Shown here: piece after piece, positions 56,904 through 64,000 of the stretch
How the letters are laid out: each line of letters opens with the position of its first letter
Numbering within the stretch: the stretch's first letter is position 1
DNA from: the human T2T-CHM13v2.0 reference genome, Homo sapiens
Direction: 5' to 3' (one strand)
Length of the DNA: 64,000 bases
Assembly: GCF_009914755.1 (NCBI RefSeq)
Contig: NC_060930.1
Translations under genes and position numbers: made by a program
The notes under the pieces: model-generated
Database searches by the model: none
Told to the model about the DNA's origin: nothing
The model's input: the letters and a program-made list of their open reading frames with translations, nothing else

Positions 56904-57572
56904 TACGAGGTCTCAAGAAGCAATGCCCCAAAATGAGGGTCTCAGAAGCAGTTTTGTCTGACCTTCTCCTGCCCTCATAATTCTGGCCCTTTCTGCTCCC
57001 CTGAGGTTAGCCATAGAAAACAGAATCCCTTTTCCATAAGGTAGGTCACAGACACCAGAACCTCTTTTTTCCAAAGCCAGCCATAAAATGTAAAAATGTC
57101 ATTCTAACCTAAAAATATGACCAAAACCTACAAATATTACTCTAATCTTTGATCCCCCGCCTTTCTATGTAAAAATTGGCCATAAAGAAATTATCTGACC
57201 TACCTTGTTTGATTTTAGGTGATAAGACCCCCATTCCAGAAAGGGTCTTGCCCCACCTCAGAGGTAAGGAATGCTGCACAGAGAGGCCAAGAAGGATGTA
57301 GACAGACATGCCTCGCTGGGTTCCCCCAGTCTATTAGCATTAGATTCTACCCTTTTGCCCAGTCATATTTCTATAGGGCTGTCCATACTTTGTTGAACCT
57401 AAGCATGGACAGTTTTCCCTGTATCTTTAGGTTTTCATTCTGAAAGTTCCCCTGTCATGTAAAAGTATAATCAAATAAATTTGTATGCCCTTTCTCCTAT
57501 TAATCTGCCTTTTTAAGTGATCTTCAGCGATCTTTCAGAGGGTGAAAGGGAAGTTTTCCCCTGGCCCCTACA
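56904..57572 (+). mobile_element. MER39-like ERV1 solo LTR
   Basis: Ends ggcccctaca; AATAAA near 57475; exact 4-bp TSD TTGT. Confidence 0.85.
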
Positions 57573-58322
57573 TTGTCTGTACCATCATCAGGCAGCAGAA
57601 GAAGACACAACCCTATGGCTCTTGGCTCACCCCTGAGCAGAGATTGCAAGTTGGTTCTGGAGTACCCAGCTGAGCTGTCAAGCCCACTGCCTGGCTGGCC
57701 CAGGACTTTAAAATGTCCTGCCAAAGGTTTTCTGAAGGAAGAAAAAAAGAATGCTTTTGGGATTTCTTTTTTGGAGCTCTGTAATGCATAAGCTCATGAA
57801 AGACTCCGAGAAATCCTACATAAAGAAACGTTAAATTTTGTTTTACCCAGAATGTTTCTAAACGCAGTTGAAATGGAATTCTAATTTTGAGAATATCCAT
57901 TGAATTTCCATAAAACTACTCTTTGTTGGGATGTGTTTTAGAAAATGTAGTTTATATAGAGATAATTTATGTTCTTTAGTAATGATAATAAGAAGGTGTG
58001 AGAAGAAACACTCAATATGGGCAAACAGAGAGGGGTAAAAAGGAGTGTATCGACAGCATCAGTTCCATTGGTGAGAAAACCAATTAGCAAATTAGGACTG
58101 ATGAACAAATAGTGTTTTGATATGTATGTGAAAATTGGCATATGTGTAAATGTATATGACAATTTTAAGAAATAACAGGAAATGCAAGATTTTATAAATG
58201 GAGCAGGTTTTTTGAAAATATAAAATTCTATTCTCTATTTTCCCAGAAAGTTTATCTAAGAATGGATCTGGAAAGTGATTCAGAGAGAAAGTCTCGTCTC
58301 TTCCTTAAAACTCATCAGTACA

Positions 58323-58625
58323 GGCCAGGCACAGTGACTCATCAAGTCTGTAATCTCAGCACTTTCGGAGGCCGAAGCAGGTGGATTGCTTGAGGCCAGG
58401 AGTTTGAGACCAGCTTGGCCAACATGGTGAAACCCCATCTCTACTAAAAATACAAAAATTAGCCAGCCATGGTGGCACATGCCTGTAGTCCCAGCTACTC
58501 CAGAGGCTGAGGCAGGAGAATTGCTTGAACTCGGGAGGCAGAGGCTGTAGTGAGCCGAACTTGCACCACAGCACTCCAGCTGGGGCGACAGAGTGAGTGA
58601 GACTCCATCTCAAAAAAAAAAAAAG
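58323..58625 (+). mobile_element. AluS
   Basis: TSD taaaactcatca(g/a)taca. Confidence 0.95.
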
Positions 58626-60321
58626 TAAAACTCATCAATACACACTCTGCATAAGTAGAAACATTTCTATTTTATGCCACATCTCAACTATGTTTTGTAC
58701 CAAGGATTGCATATGACCCGTTTCTCTTATCTTACTAATATTATCCTCTTTGGGCTGCATTAGTCCATGGTAACGGAGTCTGGAGCAAGTGTGGTTTAGC
58801 AGCGTAGGTCTGTTCCCAAATGGAATGCTGGAAGCACCAGAGAGAATGTCAAGCACTTCATTTTGCATTTTCTCTGTAGATCTTGCATATTTATGTGAGC
58901 CACTGAATAGAATGCAAACAAGGGGGTAGATGGTTAGCATATTTTTGGAGTAGTTGTTTTTCTCCAAAGCAGAGGCTTAATGTCAAGGCTCCTTTTGGAA
59001 TTCAGGGAGAAAAAAGAAAAACCTCAAAAAAACTAATGAGAAAATGTGTCCTGTTGTGTAAATGCTATAAATATTTAACATTACAAATGTGTCTGTGAGT
59101 CACAAAACAATATGCTCGATAACAATTGCTTATTTAATCTTTTGTCAAAGATTTATTTTCTTAAAGTATGGCATGAAGGAGAGAGAGAAAGAGAGCACAT
59201 TTACTACCTCTTTATTACCTTACAATAATCACTTTCCATGAAAAAAGCATTCAAATTCGCACTCAGAGAGGGAACAACTGAGAAGACTGCCCTTCCTGGA
59301 AGCAAAGCTTTGATGTGTTTAATAACAAAGGGTCTGTGTCTGCCATGGAACTGAAAATGATCTGAATGTCTATTGCAAGGAATAACTTCTCCACAAGCTT
59401 CAGACATCGAAAGTTCTCTATCATGAATCTCTCTCTCTCTCTCTCTCTCAACCTCTCTCTCTCATAAAAATCTGTCATATATATGAATAATACTATATGC
59501 TTTCATAAAATAATAATAAAATAAAATGTAATAAAATAATAGCTATTACTAACATTAAAATGACTTAGTATAGGCAACATTGACAGATGTTAAATACATA
59601 CTAGGTGAAAAGTAGCTGATGATACATAACATCATACTTATAAATGAATGCACAGACTTCCCCTCAATTCCTGTGGTCTTGATCATTTTGCTGTAACTAT
59701 CTCTTCAAAGCAAGCATTCAACATATCATGGTCCAATTTCCTTTTCTTTCCGGCTTTTTTACTTGCATACCTGTTTGAGTGTGTTATTTGAAAATTGCAT
59801 TGGAAAGCTTTGTTCCCTGAAACAGGTTGATTTCATGAATAATAAGAATGACTTGGCTACATTGCCTTAGGATTTAAACTTCCCATAAGGGAATCTGTTC
59901 TACATTTTTCCCTATCCACTGGAGTTCAGAGACGGCAGCAACAATATCTGGGGTCTTTTAAGACTCTGGGTATTTCTTCAAAAATGATGATGCTTTATTG
60001 GTATAACTGGAAAGTCAAAAGTTATGCATAGTGTAGGTTTGAGCAAGCAATTCTAGGAGTATCTAGTCACACTGTGTCTTTTCTGAGATATCTGGGCTAT
60101 TTTAGCTTGAAGATGAACTCATACACAGTTGTAGGTCCAGGTCGGGGTCCTCTACGTATTCTTCATCCACACAATATCTGGGAATGGCCTTCTCAAAACA
60201 TAGACCTGAAACGAAAATTGTTGCTAAATGCTCTTCCAGTTTTGCTTATACCTTTCTCTGTCACCTCAACAGGAATTTTCTTGCCCAAATATGAAGCTCT
60301 TCGTACTAAGTAGGTATCTGT

Positions 60322-60552
60322 TGTTAGTGGTTAAGAGCATACCCCCTTCCAGAATACTGGAGTTAAAGGCATGATTGCTTTACATAATTCATATTTGAGC
60401 TTGGGAAAGTTATTTTTCTTCTCTGAATCTGCTTCTCCATGTGTAAAACATGAATAAAATATTACCCACTCTATGGGGACTAATGAAAATAAAATGCATT
60501 CGACGTAGTGAGCACATGCTGGCACGCAGAAAAGTAAAAATTATTAGCTATA
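60322..60552 (+). mobile_element. MIR
   Basis: tagtggttaagagcat..cttgggaaagtta..tctctgaatct..gctggcac..attagcta. Confidence 0.75.
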
Positions 60553-60659
60553 ATTGTGACTTGAACTGGATTTAGAGAAAATGTGATAATAATTTCACTG
60601 GCAGAAGTGGATTGGTACTATGTCCTCAAATTGGGTTGGGTCCTGTTGTGTATAAAATG

Positions 60660-61080
<421 letters not shown>

Positions 61081-62449
61081 CTATTTATTAATTGTATGTA
61101 TAAATCAGGTGTAATGTAATTTTCACATTTTTGGCAGTTGAAATGTCATAAGTGCTATTTTTTTCCCTAACTTTTTCACTGTTTCTAACATAAGTGAAAT
61201 GAAAATTAGGAACTTTAAAGACCAGGATTTACCAAATGGCATTGCAAGACCATATGCACTAGCCTGAGAAGTAACGTTATTCCTTTCATGGTTCTTTGAT
61301 GCCATGTGGACACACACAAGAATCATTATGACATATAAATTATATATACTATTTTTTAATTATAATTTCTTCCATTAAAAGTTTCCACAATATGCTATGC
61401 AATGCTTAATTGGACATTTTAAAGAAATAATTATTTCAGGTTTAATTAATCTTAGCCCTTGTTGGCATATGTTTCATAACTTTTAACTGGAAACTGCTAG
61501 TTTTATGACAGTAGAAACAAGCTAACAAAGGAAAAATTAAAACTACCACAAAAACTTAATACCCGTCCCTAATTTTATAAACATATCAAAATAAATGCCT
61601 TGGTTTCCTTTTTGATTACTCAGTAACTGAGTTATGCGTGTACAGTAGGCCTATCTCCCAGAAGATATCACTGGCTCTGAAGGGAAGCTTCAGACTCTCC
61701 TCTCAGAAAGCCAGAATGTTGTTTCATAGAATTTAATCTAGTCCTAGAAATCAAACCCTACATAATAGTTTTGACTACCATGGCATTCTTTGATTTGTTA
61801 ACTGTGCTCTCTCTGTTTTCCCTTTGAAAGCTTGTAGAATATTTTATAATTAAAGGAACGAGCAACCTGAAAAGATCTTTTTTTCAGCTTGATATTCCAT
61901 ACATGTATGTTTAATCTCTGCCTCTGACTCACTGCCTACTTTCTGTGATACTGAGCAGAGAGAATGCCAGGACTGTAGGGAATGTACCAAAACCACTGAG
62001 GTCACTTTATAAACAGAGTGTGTTTAAAGGAGGTTTAAAGAGATCCTAGGAAATGTGAGACCCATAGAAGTTCTGCCCAGGGAATAGATACCCCCACCCC
62101 CTCACTTACTAATTCTCTCTTGCTCAATCCATGGAAAAAGATTCAATCAGACAAGTTTCTGAGTTTAAGGTCAATTTGAAATTCTTTTCCTACCTCTTTT
62201 CATTTTTTCCAAGCCAAACATTTTACTGGCTCTGAGGCAAAAGCATAGAAGTTTATCCTTACTTGCCCTAGACACCCTGTTATTTTCATTTTAAATAACC
62301 AGTTTCTATGCTTGGAGCTTTTAACCCACTGAGCGAGATTTCTCTGGATTTTCTCTCCTCCAATTTGTCTCAATTTGTACTACTTTTTAAAAACACAGGC
62401 CAGTGTGTCCGATTTTGCTTACCCACACGCAACCAGCATCATACTCCAC

Positions 62450-64000
62450 CTGTAAGGGTTTCTTTCCAGCGATTGCCCTAATTTTCACCTCGTCTTTGTA
62501 GTAGAAGTCCTATAAACATTGTCTATAAAGACAGTCTCAATACTTTTATCTCCTATTTTCTCTTTGATCTATTTTGACTAGGTCTTTGTTCCCACAAATT
62601 AATTGATACTCAAAAAAGTCACCGATGACTTCTATCTTACAAAATCCCATGGTCATAGGTATAAAATCTAAAACTATAAAATTTCTGGAAGAACATTAGG
62701 AAAAATTTTTAAACGTGTGTTAGTTAAGCAAAGATTTCTTAATTGTGACAGCAGAAGCAGGATTTATGAAAGAAAAAATGATATTTTGGGCTTAATCAAA
62801 CTTAGAAACCTCTGCTCTTTGAAGAACATTAGTAAGAGAATAAAAAGAAAAGCCACAGACTCTGAGAAAATATTTGCAAAGTAGATATCTGATAAAAGTC
62901 TGGTGGACAGAATACATACAGAATATTCATATCTCACTAATAAGGGAACAACAAATTCAATGAAAAAAATGGATAAACGATGTGAATGGATAATCCACCA
63001 AAGAAGATAATAGAGTTGGAAGATAAGTACATGAAAAGATGCTCAGTATCATTAGTCATTAGGGAAATGGAAATTAAAACGACAATGATATGCCATCTTT
63101 TAGGATGGCTAAAACTAAAAGAAAAAAACCTATATAGCAACTAGAATTCACTTATATTGCTGGTAGTCATAAAAAATGGTTTAACAACTTTGAAAAGCAG
63201 TTTTAACATTCAGGTTTTTTTTTTTTCATAAAATTAAACATACAATTATCATATGACCCAGGAGCTAAGTATTTACTCAAGTGAAATGAAAACCTATGTT
63301 CAAACAAAAATTTCTATGTGAATATTTATTGTGAATTCATTTGTCACTTTCAAAACTGAAAGAATCATCAGTAGCGGAATGAAGAAACAAATTGTGGTCC
63401 ATCTATACACTGCAATGCTACTCATCAGTAAATACAAAGGAATTACTGATATGTGTAATAAGAAGATGAGTCTCAAAGGCTTTATACTAAGTAAAAACAG
63501 TCAGATTCAAATGGCCACATGCTGAATGATTCCATTTATAGGACATATTGTGAAACTACAGAGGCAGAAAACAGATCTGTCGCTAGCTATGGGGAAGGTG
63601 TTGGCTACAAAAAGCCACAGGATATTTGAGTCCTGATAAAAGTTCTATGTGATGATTATGGTGGTGATAATACAACTGTGTATGTTTCTGAAAACTTGCA
63701 GAACTTTAAGCCAGAAAGAGTATTTTACTTTATGTAAATTTTACCTTAGTGAAAAAAAAGGCTGTGGACATTTACCCCATAAACAGCTATGATAACTGAT
63801 TATCATTCAAAAATAAACTAGGGGTTAATTCTAAGTCTGCACCTTATCTGACCTTTCAGCAGCATTTGGCAAAGTTGACCACTTCCCTCCTTTCATGAAT
63901 TACCTTTTAATTTTTTTAATTTTTTGTTTCATGCATAACACACTTTTCATGTTGGCATTCGACCTTTACTGACTGCTCCTCACAATCTCATTTCCTGACC
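62450..64000 (+). mobile_element. L2 RT region split by the L1 above
   Basis: aagtcaccgatgact..aaatcccatggtca | ctgacctttcagcagcatttg..gttgaccac (DLSAAF..VDH). Confidence 0.7.
62656..63760 (+). mobile_element. L1MC/MD-type 3' portion inserted in an L2
   Basis: ctaaaactataaaatttctggaag..gaaaatatttgcaaa..tgattccatttata..tttatgtaaattttacctt. Confidence 0.8.

Noticed and set aside
51904-57572. Provirus bounded by two MER39 LTRs
   Set aside because: LTRs are inverted, one has its own TSD, and no gag/pol/env lies between them.

Overview
Hominid (most likely human) genomic DNA: it carries AluJ/S/Y elements, L1PA/PB/M, L2, MIR, MaLR/ERVL/ERV1 LTRs, hAT and Tigger DNA-transposon relics and a full-length SVA. 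There is no intact protein-coding gene, rRNA/tRNA or CRISPR array, and almost all ORFs in the supplied track lie in repeats or are chance ORFs. The main non-repeat finding is a decayed coding region at about 53655-55450 (+), missed by the ORF track. It starts at a strong splice acceptor and, translated by hand across frameshifts and stops, gives about four tandem RGS (regulator of G-protein signalling)-like domains resembling the RGS22/RGSL1 family, so it is a candidate lost gene (pseudogene), later hit by an AluY. Other notable structure: two ~90-bp near-identical duplications spaced ~1 kb apart (one a templated insertion into a Tigger2a end), a chimeric young/old L1 inside one TSD, a full-length L1PB carrying nested MER50 and SVA insertions, and several inverted-repeat pairs. 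Subfamily names and protein similarities come from recalled consensus sequences, not from database searches.
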